Sequence record: PQ182779.1 | Length of the DNA stretch: 64,000 bases | Strand: one strand, 5' to 3' | Shown here: piece by piece, positions 27,799-37,461 of the stretch | How the letters are laid out: every line of letters begins with the position of its first letter | Numbering within the stretch: the first letter of the stretch is position 1 | The notes under the pieces: model-generated | Told to the model about the DNA's origin: nothing | Seen by the model: the letters and a program-made list of their open reading frames with translations, nothing else | Database searches by the model: none | Program-made: the position numbers and the translations under genes

Positions 27799-28299
27799 AT
27801 GTCCACTGAATTTCGTTCTGCTGCAGTTTTAAAAAGCTTTGTTTCTTCAGACGTCGCTTTCAATGCGATTATGTCTCATGTTGAAGGACAAAAAGAAGCT
27901 GTAGAGAAAATGAAAACCAACGTTGTTCATTTAGTCAAAGAACACGTCAATCTTGTCCTTTCGCTTCTTGAGAAATGTAACAAGACGGGAGAAATCCCTG
28001 AGGAATTCTGTATCCATAATTCAGGCAATAATAACTACCGCTTCCAGTTGGAGTATGAAAGAGACAACGTCAGTGTCATGGCGTGTGTCGATGCTGACTG
28101 TGACCTTGTCATGAAGCTCACACTTGACTCGACCGCCACTAAAGAAATCACTGGCGGTATTTGTCCGTGTGTGAGGGGCGACATCGATATTGAGAAAGTG
28201 ATGGCGGATGCCTTAGACGAACTGTATCCTGCGGAAAGCAAGGTGATGATCTCCATCAAGGGTTCTTTCTTTCGCTTTGAGAACAGCTATGGCAGTTAA
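27799..28299 (+). CDS. hypothetical protein
   Basis: SD GGAGA. Confidence 0.75.
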   Translation: MSTEFRSAAVLKSFVSSDVAFNAIMSHVEGQKEAVEKMKTNVVHLVKEHVNLVLSLLEKCNKTGEIPEEFCIHNSGNNNYRFQLEYERDNVSVMACVDADCDLVMKLTLDSTATKEITGGICPCVRGDIDIEKVMADALDELYPAESKVMISIKGSFFRFENSYGS

Positions 28300-28630
28300 A
28301 GAATACCGTATCCCCACGTTAGAGGAATCCGTTCCTCTTAGCAATTGGTTAGAAGCGGTCATTGAGGAGCGGTCTCTGGCCGCTCCTAACACCTACCCTG
28401 TTCAAATTTGTATCGAGAGTTTGGTTGGGAAAAACGCTGTTGCTATCCTGGGATGGAGCCCAATAACCAAAAGAGACTTTGTTACTTTACTCTCTACCCT
28501 CTCTCACTTACGTTTCGTTGGAGAGACTGGAATTCGAGTACGCTCCTTTGGGGTTTCTAATCAGCGCTATAAAATCAACAACATTAAATCGATCGAAGTT
28601 CCCTTAGTTAAGGTAAGAAAACATGCCTAA
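28289..28630 (+). CDS. hypothetical protein
   Basis: Overlapping chain; ATG 28289. Confidence 0.65.
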   Translation: MAVKEYRIPTLEESVPLSNWLEAVIEERSLAAPNTYPVQICIESLVGKNAVAILGWSPITKRDFVTLLSTLSHLRFVGETGIRVRSFGVSNQRYKINNIKSIEVPLVKVRKHA

Positions 28631-28883
28631 GTTTAGTATCGTAGGTAATAAAGTCATTGTTGACGATAACGATAAGAATTACATTTTCTTTCTTCGTGAT
28701 GTCAGAAACGTCCGTAAGGAAGAAGAGTACCGCAAATTCAAAGAGATGATTGGCGACGTCATTTTTATCAAGTTAACGATTGAGTTCTACGGAACGCAGG
28801 AACCGATTGTCATCAGCCGGGGAAAAATCATCGCCGATCAAGTCGGTTTACTTTACATGGCACTCAGAGAGAAACTCGCATGA
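28623..28883 (+). CDS. small hypothetical protein
   Basis: SD AAGGT; overlap. Confidence 0.7.
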   Translation: MPKFSIVGNKVIVDDNDKNYIFFLRDVRNVRKEEEYRKFKEMIGDVIFIKLTIEFYGTQEPIVISRGKIIADQVGLLYMALREKLA

Positions 28884-29146
28884 AAAAATTGATATATGTT
28901 CTTCTTGGTCTGGTTATTCTAATGCTGTTGGCAACGCCTTATTTTCTTTCTAAAAAGAAAGAATACGATTTAGAGCAGTGTAAACTAACGAAACGACTTT
29001 ATTCACAAGTAGAAGTCATTTATAGCGATGGCTGCTACATCAATTTCGGTAACGGCGTTTTTATCTCATCTACGGGTTTTGATAATCAACTCTACACTCG
29101 TGAACAGATCCTCAAGAAAAGCGACAACGCCATTATTATCCAATAA
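28880..29146 (+). CDS. small membrane-anchored protein
   Basis: MKK plus hydrophobic helix; ATGA overlap. Confidence 0.7.
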   Translation: MKKLIYVLLGLVILMLLATPYFLSKKKEYDLEQCKLTKRLYSQVEVIYSDGCYINFGNGVFISSTGFDNQLYTREQILKKSDNAIIIQ

Positions 29147-29160
29147 CAGAGAACCAAACA

Positions 29161-29349
29161 ATGAAAGAATCACTACGTAAGAAAATCGATAACCTGGTCA
29201 CTTACGATCTGTCCACCTGTATGACCACGGTAAAAAGCGCAAAACGCCGAGTCGCAAGAAAGTATCGTATTCCTGCACGACAGGCAGCGAAAGTTGTCAA
29301 AGAGCTGGACGGCCTGGCTACTTGGTGGAACCCCACTTTAGATATTTAA
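29161..29349 (+). CDS. small basic hypothetical protein
   Basis: 62 aa, packed. Confidence 0.65.
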   Translation: MKESLRKKIDNLVTYDLSTCMTTVKSAKRRVARKYRIPARQAAKVVKELDGLATWWNPTLDI

Positions 29350-29378
29350 TTTCTACTCACTAAAAGAGGAAATAATAC

Positions 29379-29741
29379 ATGAAAACCCTGAAGACTTTCG
29401 ACCCTGAATTGTTTGCACAGTTTCAAAAATCAAAATTTGTGGTTGGCTATCACATCGGCGCGATCGGTAATATTATTACCGCTCGTAAACCAGTCACTAT
29501 CAACAAACTCTTCGACGTAAGTCAAACCAACGAACTGAGCTTACTAGAGGCGGCAGCCGTACTTCACCGTGACGAAATCATCACGCTGGGGAAAAAAGAC
29601 TCGCCGGAAACGGATATCCCGTTCGAGACACTCGATGAGCTTTATACCACGCTCAAAACAGAAATGACAGGGACTGATTTCGGCACGAATATCGATCTTG
29701 TTTTGAACAAAATCGAGTCCTTACGTCCCACAGCCCATTAA
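29379..29741 (+). CDS. hypothetical protein
   Basis: SD GAGGA. Confidence 0.75.
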   Translation: MKTLKTFDPELFAQFQKSKFVVGYHIGAIGNIITARKPVTINKLFDVSQTNELSLLEAAAVLHRDEIITLGKKDSPETDIPFETLDELYTTLKTEMTGTDFGTNIDLVLNKIESLRPTAH

Positions 29742-29753
29742 TAAGGAATCGAG

Positions 29754-30317
29754 ATGGAAAACAGCATTGCAGAAAAAGTCATTGCGTTAGAAATAGAGTA
29801 TGGTAAGTGGGTAAACGAAAATTTATTTCTTCGGGATAACTCTATCATCGCGTTTGTTTACTCTGAAAAAATGGGGGTAAAAATAAATACCCCTGACCAA
29901 GATGGTACGACTTTAACGCAAAAGGAAATGTACGAAGCTATCTCTTACCATACGGGAAGAAACCTTAATGATGCTCACTGGTTTATCCCAGTGAGTCTTT
30001 GGTGGAATTTCTTCAAAAATCGTCAAGGGAGTTGGATTGTCCCTTGCCATAAAGCCGGGCTGCGCATAGGTCAAGGAATTGTCGGGTTACGAATAAAAGA
30101 TGGCAAACAAATTCAAAAGATGTATGGTCACGAAATTGTTTCAGTTAGAGTTACTAAGAATCATTTTATCGTCGCCCTATCAAACAAGAAAAAATACAAT
30201 ATCGTCACCCCTGCGAATTTTTCAATGAAACCCCAGAGTATAGAGGAACACTTTTTCTCTCTGTTTTGCTGGCATGTAGACGAAGGAATGGAGAAAAGAT
30301 TCTGTGAACATTCTTGA
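29754..30317 (+). CDS. hypothetical protein
   Basis: SD AAGGA. Confidence 0.7.
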   Translation: MENSIAEKVIALEIEYGKWVNENLFLRDNSIIAFVYSEKMGVKINTPDQDGTTLTQKEMYEAISYHTGRNLNDAHWFIPVSLWWNFFKNRQGSWIVPCHKAGLRIGQGIVGLRIKDGKQIQKMYGHEIVSVRVTKNHFIVALSNKKKYNIVTPANFSMKPQSIEEHFFSLFCWHVDEGMEKRFCEHS

Positions 30318-31278
30318 AGTCGTAGAAAAAACCTTACTCCCGCGTCTGAGGGCATGGGACGCGAAGGATTTCTTCAATCGGATCCTCACGGAGAAGAAAG
30401 GGGAAATTCCACCGTATTTCTACCCTATCGAAATATGGGGAGAGAATCGTAACTGGAACAATAATATCGATTTCACTAACCCGTATTATCGTGAAATCTT
30501 TTGCCATATGAGCATGGCGTATTGCTGGCAAATTACTAAACCTGAATATCAGATTCCAGCTGAATTATTACCCGATGTATTGGACTCTGAATTCAACGGT
30601 AAATTGCCGCTCAGTGTTTTGAAAACTATCCCTCATTGGACCGGGTACGTCGACCTTTCAGCGTGCCCTATCAAACACCCTCTCCCGGAGGAACCGACTA
30701 TCGAAGGGATTTTCCTTTCTACGGTTACACACTGGAGCGGGAAAGAGGGTCTAACGATCGTTTACCCGTATAATGATAACGGCTTCCCGCAAACGTTATT
30801 CTTCCCGTTTGATGAAGGTTTGACACTGGAGGAGGTCATTGCTTCTGACCCTACTATTGTACGGGCTGCAAAAGAATACAATATCGATACGGTTAAAGCT
30901 GTCGATATTCTAATGCGTGACGGGTACCGTGAAACGTACACTAAGCTACTCAACGTGGCATTGTTTGTTGCGCAGGAATACGAGTTGCAAGACCGCGCTG
31001 ACTTCCGTAATACCTTTCGACTTACCCAGATGAAACGGTCGGGTAAACACTATAGCCTACGGTTCCTGAACGCACACCGTAAGTTTCCGGTAGGGGTCGA
31101 TTACCTCGAAGAAATCGAGAAGCGAAAGAAAGGACAGAAGACGACCGGGCGAGCAGCGCATATCAGACGGGCACACTGGCACGGCTATTGGACCGGTGCT
31201 CGTAATAGCCCTAATCGCCAACTGAAAATAAAGTGGATTCGTACTAGCGTAGTTTCTGGGAGCAGTAAGGAAGACTGA
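30304..31278 (+). CDS. hypothetical protein with C-terminal HxRRAHWHxYWxG motif
   Basis: AHIRRAHWHGYWTG...LKIKWI motif recalled from phage/plasmid hypotheticals. Confidence 0.75.
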   Translation: MNILEVVEKTLLPRLRAWDAKDFFNRILTEKKGEIPPYFYPIEIWGENRNWNNNIDFTNPYYREIFCHMSMAYCWQITKPEYQIPAELLPDVLDSEFNGKLPLSVLKTIPHWTGYVDLSACPIKHPLPEEPTIEGIFLSTVTHWSGKEGLTIVYPYNDNGFPQTLFFPFDEGLTLEEVIASDPTIVRAAKEYNIDTVKAVDILMRDGYRETYTKLLNVALFVAQEYELQDRADFRNTFRLTQMKRSGKHYSLRFLNAHRKFPVGVDYLEEIEKRKKGQKTTGRAAHIRRAHWHGYWTGARNSPNRQLKIKWIRTSVVSGSSKED

Positions 31279-31306
31279 TGTATAAAATTCAGAAAGAGGT
31301 GAAAAT

Positions 31307-31612
31307 ATGACAAAAGAAAAAGAGGAAGAAAGAGAAATCGATCGATTATGGTGGAATGGTTACCAGTTGCTCAAAACTGCCTCTTATCACGATAACGGTC
31401 TTTCTAGTCACTTTTTAGGAATGTGGGAAAACGGGTTTGATTACGAAAGTATAGCGGCGGCCTTTGCCGTGCCCGTAAATGACGTTATTTCCGACATTGA
31501 AATTTACAATGAAGGAAAGAAAATGATGGCAGAGGCAGGTACACGTGCTAAAGTTTGGGTTGCTAAGAACGGTCCCAGTGTAATACTGGCAGGATGCGGT
31601 GAAAATTTATAA
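31307..31612 (+). CDS. small putative HTH protein
   Basis: GFDYESIAAAFAVPVNDVISDI helix-turn-helix pattern; SD GAGGTG. Confidence 0.6.
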   Translation: MTKEKEEEREIDRLWWNGYQLLKTASYHDNGLSSHFLGMWENGFDYESIAAAFAVPVNDVISDIEIYNEGKKMMAEAGTRAKVWVAKNGPSVILAGCGENL

Positions 31613-31668
31613 TCGCATCGCAAAAGAACAGACCTGACTTCTCTCACTAAAAATAAAGGTGTCTAAGT

Positions 31669-31902
31669 ATGCAGCGTGACAAATATCTGGCTTACCTGGC
31701 CGAGTTTGACGAACTGATGTCACAACTCGAAAATCCGCAGATCGCCCGAACGATGGAGAACGCTGCCAGTCATGGTATGCGAGTAGAAGAGATCGCTTTC
31801 TTTTACAATATCCCGGTGGCCTCGGTCGAAAAAGACATTGCGACCCTGAATAAAGTCAGGAATTTAACCACGATGATTACTGGAGATTTAAACGAATGCT
31901 AA
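31669..31902 (+). CDS. small putative HTH protein, paralog of 31307
   Basis: GMRVEEIAFFYNIPVASVEKDI. Confidence 0.6.
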   Translation: MQRDKYLAYLAEFDELMSQLENPQIARTMENAASHGMRVEEIAFFYNIPVASVEKDIATLNKVRNLTTMITGDLNEC

Positions 31903-32222
31903 AGAAAATCAAAGACATTTTGTTTGGTGAGTTACGTTACAGCGACCAGTTTGTACGTTTAGTGGTGGTTCAGAGTAACAAAGGCCCTTTGCATCTCTAT
32001 CTGAAACAACCCGTCACGTCCCGAAAACGCTTCTCTAAGAAGCGGAAAAACGGTAACTGTTTCTGGGAGCTACAAAATACTATCGCTAATCCCTTTTTCG
32101 GGAGAAGTCAGCAAGAAACTCCCGCAAGTGCGTTGAACGAGATCTTAAAAGAAATAGGGTTACCCTTCCTGGTTAACTGGCATCGCAACGAAGGAACTTT
32201 TTCAATTACCTTTACCGATTGA
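31896..32222 (+). CDS. hypothetical protein
   Basis: Overlapping chain. Confidence 0.65.
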   Translation: MLKKIKDILFGELRYSDQFVRLVVVQSNKGPLHLYLKQPVTSRKRFSKKRKNGNCFWELQNTIANPFFGRSQQETPASALNEILKEIGLPFLVNWHRNEGTFSITFTD

Positions 32223-32233
32223 CAGGTATTAAC

Positions 32234-32569
32234 ATGAAACTTGATTTGGATAATTTGCGTTTTCTTTCTGTCCCTAAAAATGTAGGTAATTCCAGACAAA
32301 CCAGTCGGGCAGGGTGCCTTTACAAAAGCGGCTATTTTCGCTTTACGTCCGCAGTAGACGAATTAGAAGATGGTCATTTCCTGGACATTGAGATAAACCC
32401 GGAGAAGCAACGCTTCTCTTTCCGGCTGAACGGGGACGACGTTGAAATTGTACGGCGTGGGTTTTGGGTCGGTACTAAGGTCTACCAAGAGTTCGCTAAA
32501 CGCAATAAAACGGTCAGTTTTAAATTCCCCGAGGAACCAGACGAAAACGGTTGGTTCCATTCTTTGTAA
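32234..32569 (+). CDS. hypothetical protein, paralog family A
   Basis: ATG 32234 (SD AGGT); LDIEINPE..RFSFR...ENGWF. Confidence 0.65.
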   Translation: MKLDLDNLRFLSVPKNVGNSRQTSRAGCLYKSGYFRFTSAVDELEDGHFLDIEINPEKQRFSFRLNGDDVEIVRRGFWVGTKVYQEFAKRNKTVSFKFPEEPDENGWFHSL

Positions 32570-32599
32570 ACGTTAAAACGTTAAAAGGTTAAAGACGTC

Positions 32600-33073
32600 A
32601 TGGCTAAGAAAGTTGATTTCGAATTGATAGCGCAGACACTAGAGAAAACGTTGATTTCTGAGACCTCGGAAATAGCGAAACGAATTGATTGGCGACGTGG
32701 TACCATTCTCCGCGAATGTCGGACAATCGGGTTTAAAATACCGCGTCAAACCGGTAAGACGAAATGGGTACTCGATCGAGTGAAGAAAAACCCTAAGTAC
32801 TCGATGGTCTTTCTCCCGACAGAAACGCTTCTGGATGACTTTGAGGCGCGTCTCTACGGTGACGCTAATCCACCGACGGAAAAGGTCAGGGCTATTGCCG
32901 GGAAACCGTATGAACGCGGTTACACTCAGTTTTACCGTGAAGCGCCGATTACGCACGTCTACGTTGACGAAGCGTATTTCTACTTTACGCGCGTTCGCAA
33001 AGAAAAGTTCTACGACGCGTTACTGACCAACTTTACGTTGTCAGAAGATGTGATCATTTATTTCGTTAATTAA
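32600..33073 (+). CDS. miniature P-loop protein with terminase/SF2-type Walker motifs
   Basis: KIPRQTGKT and VYVDEAYF. Confidence 0.65.
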   Translation: MAKKVDFELIAQTLEKTLISETSEIAKRIDWRRGTILRECRTIGFKIPRQTGKTKWVLDRVKKNPKYSMVFLPTETLLDDFEARLYGDANPPTEKVRAIAGKPYERGYTQFYREAPITHVYVDEAYFYFTRVRKEKFYDALLTNFTLSEDVIIYFVN

Positions 33074-33077
33074 CGTT

Positions 33078-33115
33078 AATGAGAGAGAGGACGAACCTCT
33101 CTCTCATTATTTTTT
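33078..33115 (+). terminator. intrinsic terminator
   Basis: AATGAGAGAGAGG-ACGAA-CCTCTCTCTCATT then T run. Confidence 0.85.
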
Positions 33116-33170
33116 AGGCGCGTGACGTATCTGTGAACAGAATCCTCTAACGCCTCTGGAGAACGCCACC

Positions 33171-33503
33171 GTGAAAGAACGGGTAAAGAATACACTCTCT
33201 GCGCGCGTTCAGGGACATGCTCTTCATCACACCATGTTCCGTGATGCCGTAGATCCAAAAACATCCACTATCAATTTCGATATCCTTGCAGACATTTTTA
33301 AGAAACACTTTCCGTTATTAAAAGTAAAAGCAAAGAATATCGAGATCACTGTACTTAATCGTATTCTGGATGAGAATGGAAAAACGATTGATCATGAGAT
33401 CGAACGACTGGAAGCAATCCGTGTTTCTAAACACGCTAAAGGTCGGACGGTGACAAAGAAGAAAGTGCGCAGTAAACCGATTAAAATTAAACGCCGTCGT
33501 TAA
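33171..33503 (+). CDS. basic hypothetical protein
   Basis: GTG start, SD GGAGA; K/R-rich tail. Confidence 0.7.
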   Translation: MKERVKNTLSARVQGHALHHTMFRDAVDPKTSTINFDILADIFKKHFPLLKVKAKNIEITVLNRILDENGKTIDHEIERLEAIRVSKHAKGRTVTKKKVRSKPIKIKRRR

Positions 33504-33528
33504 TCATTTTCTTAAAAAGGAAAATAAA

Positions 33529-34149
33529 ATGGAAAGTAAAAAAATCGAAGTTACAGAAACTGCTATCACCACCGAAACGCCCGCGGAGAAACATGAAGTT
33601 CTCGGTCGAGGACATACGCGATTCACTACTCCGGTAGACGACCCTGCCTTTATTTCTGAAGAAAAAATACAGTTAATGGCAGCAGAAACCCCGATAGAAA
33701 AAAGTCAACTTGCTTACTTAGATGAGCCAGCTTTTATCCCTGATCTGCGTAAAGCTCAAAACTATTCGCAGTCTGGAGACACTGTCGAAATAGACAGTAT
33801 GTCTCAGCTCAGCGATGAGAAACCGGCAATCGAACATCCCGTTGTCAGCGTCGTTGTTAACCAAGAAGAGAACAGCGTTACTGCGAGCTACGGCGGGAAA
33901 ACGCTGATCGAACGTAACCCCGGTGACTGGTTTGTTCCGGGTAGTTTCCAGGTGATTCAGTCAGCGCTGCGGTTGGCGTGGAAAACCAAATTCAAAGAAG
34001 CGTTACCGGCTGAATTCCAAACCAGTTTCTCTTTCAACGGGGGTTTCAGTATGGGCGGAAAACGCAATCTCTTTACTTCGCCATGGAAACCTCAGAAACA
34101 CGTCTCTAAACACGCCGGTGGGCGTTCCAAAAAGAAAAAGCGTAAATAG
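33529..34149 (+). CDS. hypothetical protein (acidic N-term, basic C-term)
   Basis: SD AAGGA. Confidence 0.75.
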   Translation: MESKKIEVTETAITTETPAEKHEVLGRGHTRFTTPVDDPAFISEEKIQLMAAETPIEKSQLAYLDEPAFIPDLRKAQNYSQSGDTVEIDSMSQLSDEKPAIEHPVVSVVVNQEENSVTASYGGKTLIERNPGDWFVPGSFQVIQSALRLAWKTKFKEALPAEFQTSFSFNGGFSMGGKRNLFTSPWKPQKHVSKHAGGRSKKKKRK

Positions 34150-34154
34150 TATTG

Positions 34155-34189
34155 TCTCCTGAGGTGAAAGCCTCAGGAGAGCTTCTATG
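34155..34189 (+). other. hairpin (GAAA loop) followed by CTATG
   Basis: TCTCCTGAGGT-GAAA-GCCTCAGGAGA then GCTT-CTATG. Confidence 0.7.
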
Positions 34190-34212
34190 GACTTTTAATA
34201 AGGAGATACGGT

Positions 34213-34518
34213 ATGCAGTTAGAACATCGTTTTGAGTTATTTGAAATCAAGTCGTTTGGTTTCTTCCCAGAAAACAGCCAGATGACTGTGAAGGATTATC
34301 TGCGTGCTGTATTCGGCGCAGGTGAGTATAACACCTCTGCGTGGTTTAATGACTTCTACGCAGCGGATCGAAAAGGACTGATCCTGCACGTCAAACATCG
34401 CCATGAAAACGGAATGCTTTACGATTATTATTTCATCGGGGATTCGGTTGGAACCTGTATGGAAATGTTAGCGAACCGTTTTCCGTTTACTAACGAAGTT
34501 ATCGATTACGAGGATTAA
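34213..34518 (+). CDS. hypothetical protein
   Basis: SD AGGAG. Confidence 0.75.
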   Translation: MQLEHRFELFEIKSFGFFPENSQMTVKDYLRAVFGAGEYNTSAWFNDFYAADRKGLILHVKHRHENGMLYDYYFIGDSVGTCMEMLANRFPFTNEVIDYED

Positions 34519-34520
34519 AA

Positions 34521-34889
34521 ATGGCCAGAACAATGATCTTAGAAGAAATGGATTTTGTGGATTTTCAGCCTATGCGCGATGCCGACGCCACTTTCTATAT
34601 TCGTGACGGGAAACGTTTTTATTACGTAGGTGACACGAAGATCGTCGTTACCAGTGAAACCGAAGCAGAATGTAAAAAATCAACCGGCGATTCAGTGTTT
34701 GATTTTGATACGGTTTTCACTGCCGTTGTGTGGGAAGGGAAAGACATCAAAGCAGAAGGGAAAATTGTTCAGCTGATGCAAGAAGAACGTTATTTTTGTA
34801 TTGCTTTTGTACCGTTCGATAGAGAAAATCACGCTGTCACGGTACTGAAAGTGGGTGACCTGACACCGGAGCTGCCGCATGAAAACTGA
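34521..34889 (+). CDS. hypothetical protein
   Basis: SD GAGGA. Confidence 0.75.
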   Translation: MARTMILEEMDFVDFQPMRDADATFYIRDGKRFYYVGDTKIVVTSETEAECKKSTGDSVFDFDTVFTAVVWEGKDIKAEGKIVQLMQEERYFCIAFVPFDRENHAVTVLKVGDLTPELPHEN

Positions 34890-35391
34890 GTTTAAAAGCG
34901 ATACCCCCAACGAGACGGGTTCTGTTGAGGGTCTCCTTCCGCTCCCGTTTGACAAAATGCTGAAAACATTTAGTGCCCGCTATTGGGTGATTGTTGATAA
35001 CGGCCAAGGACTGGAAATCTTAGGTGACAGCGCGACGTTTGTTATTCCGTCCAGGTGTTTAAACCTGGTCACCGACGAAATAAATGAAGCGGGTGAGGGT
35101 TACACGATCCAATTACAAGGCGTCGATAACAACAGTGTCAGAAACTATAGGGTTTATTACGACAGTAAAGGACGAGCGATAGAAGCGCAAGAAAGTTTCC
35201 GTGACTTTATTCGCAATAAAAACGTTTATCTCGGTAACGAGTACCTGACCCGGTCAATGACCGAAAAACGGTTTAAAAATGTTGGGGCCGCAGAAGAAAG
35301 TACTGAAGCGGTTGTGATAGAGAAAAACATTATTCCGGAAGAGAAGAAACCGAGTCTTTTTAAACGTTTCTTCTCACTGTTCCGAAAATAA
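34879..35391 (+). CDS. hypothetical protein
   Basis: SD GGAG; overlap. Confidence 0.7.
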   Translation: MKTEFKSDTPNETGSVEGLLPLPFDKMLKTFSARYWVIVDNGQGLEILGDSATFVIPSRCLNLVTDEINEAGEGYTIQLQGVDNNSVRNYRVYYDSKGRAIEAQESFRDFIRNKNVYLGNEYLTRSMTEKRFKNVGAAEESTEAVVIEKNIIPEEKKPSLFKRFFSLFRK

Positions 35392-35443
35392 ACCTCTTCT
35401 CATTTGTTTGAATAGAACCTATTTCACTGTAAAGGATAAAAGA

Positions 35444-37135
35444 ATGACTGATCAAATTGTTGCTGTTAATACCGTCACCGAAGCTTCTGATCGTTTCTAC
35501 GAAACCTTAGTAGACGTTATTGAACACAATCTTTCCCTGCACGATATCAACGATGACATTTATCGTGTCGATGTTGAACACAGCACAGGGAAAAGTTTAT
35601 ACCAGCACTACCTGGAACTTTTCCCGGAAGAAGAACGTCAGCAGTACCGCTGCAAAACCTGTGAGCGTTGGTTGAACAAATACGGTCAGTACGTAACGAT
35701 TGTCGACGGGTTAGTGAAGTCGATGGCGTTCAACGTTGACGTGGAAGCAGAAGGCGAACCAACGAACAACGTCTACGCTTTCGTGAGCGCGTTAAATAAA
35801 GTGATCTCAAAATGTCCGGTGGCGAACATCGTGGTTGAAAACGTCGCTGACTATTCTTTCCCGCATTCCGGTAAATTCCGCCATTTCAACGGTACCCTGA
35901 ACTGCGCGTCGAAAGAACTGATCTTCGTTTATCAGAACGACGAAGAGCGTCTGGGTAAAGAAGCAGAGGCACGTGAGTTGGTTCGTATTCTTCAAAGCGG
36001 TCTGTTGCGCTGGGGTGCAGATACCGTCCGCGCCGCTTATGAACTGTTTGAATACGGTGAACTGAAACATCTCACCAAGTTCAAAAACCAATTCATGAAG
36101 TGGCACAAACTCTACACAGCCTTCCATGAAACGAAAAACAACAATATCAAAAGCAACCTGGTTTGGGAAGCGATGGACTTTGATAACAAAGATATCATCC
36201 ATTTCCACACTACGGCGGTTGGGGTGTTGCTCGACGATATTAAAGACGGTAATCTGCGTTACGGGATTAACCAATTCCGCATCCGTACCGAAGGCGTCAA
36301 CTACATGCGGGCAACCGAAGCCCCAACTGAAGAACAGCTGGAAAAAGCGAAAAAACTCGTCGCTGAATTAGGGATTGAGTCGGCGTTCCGTCGCCGTTTC
36401 GCTACGCTTGCTGACATTCAGGAATGGTTCTGGCAGCCGAAAGAAACAGAAGCGGCTACTGAAGCTAAGGGAAGTATTTTCGATGGCCTGAAAACCAAAG
36501 AGAATAAAACAGAACCTCAGCGCTCGGTGGTAAGTGGCGGGGATATTTCACTGATGCAATTTATCGCGGAGGTGTTACCGAAGGCGAAGGCACTGTTCGT
36601 TGAGTTAAGAGGCGGGCACTACGGCCGTTATAACTTCGCACAATTCACCGCGCAGGCCGACCCGGATGCGAAACCGATCTATCGTTGGGACAGCGAAGAG
36701 AAACGTAACAGCGTAGCGAGCTACAGCTATCAAAACGGAAGCCCGATTGGTCAGTGGTCGGAGACAGCGGGTCAACGTGTCAAGGTAGTGGGTATTTCGC
36801 TCACGCCAGCAGTATGGGGCGGGAAAGAAACTTTCAGCTATCAGACACCAGATCGCGGAATGCTCCTGGTACTTGAGGGCTGGAAAGATAACGTAGCGAA
36901 ACAATCCGCATTGTTTGCTGAAGACCTCAGTCACGAACTTCGTGACGTTCGTCGGGTTGTCGAAGCATTCTCTCAGGCGAATCCGCTGGAGCAGGTCGAA
37001 GGGCAGGTTGTAGCCGGTCTGCAGATTCCGGGAAACACCGGTGTGGAGATCTACCGCAGTACGGGTGATTTCCAGCTGCTTGCGGAAAACGAAGACGGGG
37101 TAATGGTTCGCTATTCCCTGACGCGTCACTTCTAA
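35444..37135 (+). CDS. large conserved-type phage hypothetical protein with CxxC motif
   Basis: ATG 35444 (SD AAGGA); YRCKTCERWLNKYG, FRHF, LGIESAFRRRFATLADI; strong codon bias. Confidence 0.8.
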   Translation: MTDQIVAVNTVTEASDRFYETLVDVIEHNLSLHDINDDIYRVDVEHSTGKSLYQHYLELFPEEERQQYRCKTCERWLNKYGQYVTIVDGLVKSMAFNVDVEAEGEPTNNVYAFVSALNKVISKCPVANIVVENVADYSFPHSGKFRHFNGTLNCASKELIFVYQNDEERLGKEAEARELVRILQSGLLRWGADTVRAAYELFEYGELKHLTKFKNQFMKWHKLYTAFHETKNNNIKSNLVWEAMDFDNKDIIHFHTTAVGVLLDDIKDGNLRYGINQFRIRTEGVNYMRATEAPTEEQLEKAKKLVAELGIESAFRRRFATLADIQEWFWQPKETEAATEAKGSIFDGLKTKENKTEPQRSVVSGGDISLMQFIAEVLPKAKALFVELRGGHYGRYNFAQFTAQADPDAKPIYRWDSEEKRNSVASYSYQNGSPIGQWSETAGQRVKVVGISLTPAVWGGKETFSYQTPDRGMLLVLEGWKDNVAKQSALFAEDLSHELRDVRRVVEAFSQANPLEQVEGQVVAGLQIPGNTGVEIYRSTGDFQLLAENEDGVMVRYSLTRHF

Positions 37136-37154
37136 GTTTAGGAACATAAAGCCG

Positions 37155-37184
37155 GTATAGGGGAGAAATCCCCTATGCTTTTTT
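37155..37184 (+). terminator. intrinsic terminator (GAAA loop)
   Basis: GTATAGGGGA-GAAA-TCCCCTATGC then T run. Confidence 0.85.
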
Positions 37185-37194
37185 ATTTTGATTA

Positions 37195-37452
37195 ATGAAA
37201 TATAAAGAAGAGGTGATTGAATTGACCACATTAGAAACTATGCTCAACGCCGCAAAATACCCTTATGATAGTGGCGAAAGATTGACTTCAAGCCCTGCCA
37301 GATTAGCTGCGCTGGCGATAATAGACGATCTCCTTGACCGTAGGGGAATCGGACATGCGCTTACTGATGTTGACTTGGATATTAAGGAAGAGATAGTAGG
37401 CACCATGGTAGAATTCATCGAAGTTGCCATGGAATTGAACCAAAAATTATAG
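37195..37452 (+). CDS. small phage hypothetical protein (DLLDRRGI...IKEEI family)
   Basis: Motif recall; packed. Confidence 0.7.
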   Translation: MKYKEEVIELTTLETMLNAAKYPYDSGERLTSSPARLAALAIIDDLLDRRGIGHALTDVDLDIKEEIVGTMVEFIEVAMELNQKL

Positions 37453-37461
37453 GGGTACAAA

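Noticed and set aside
32600-33073. Call as terminase large subunit
   Set aside because: Far too short and lacks the nuclease domain; kept only as a mini-ATPase finding.
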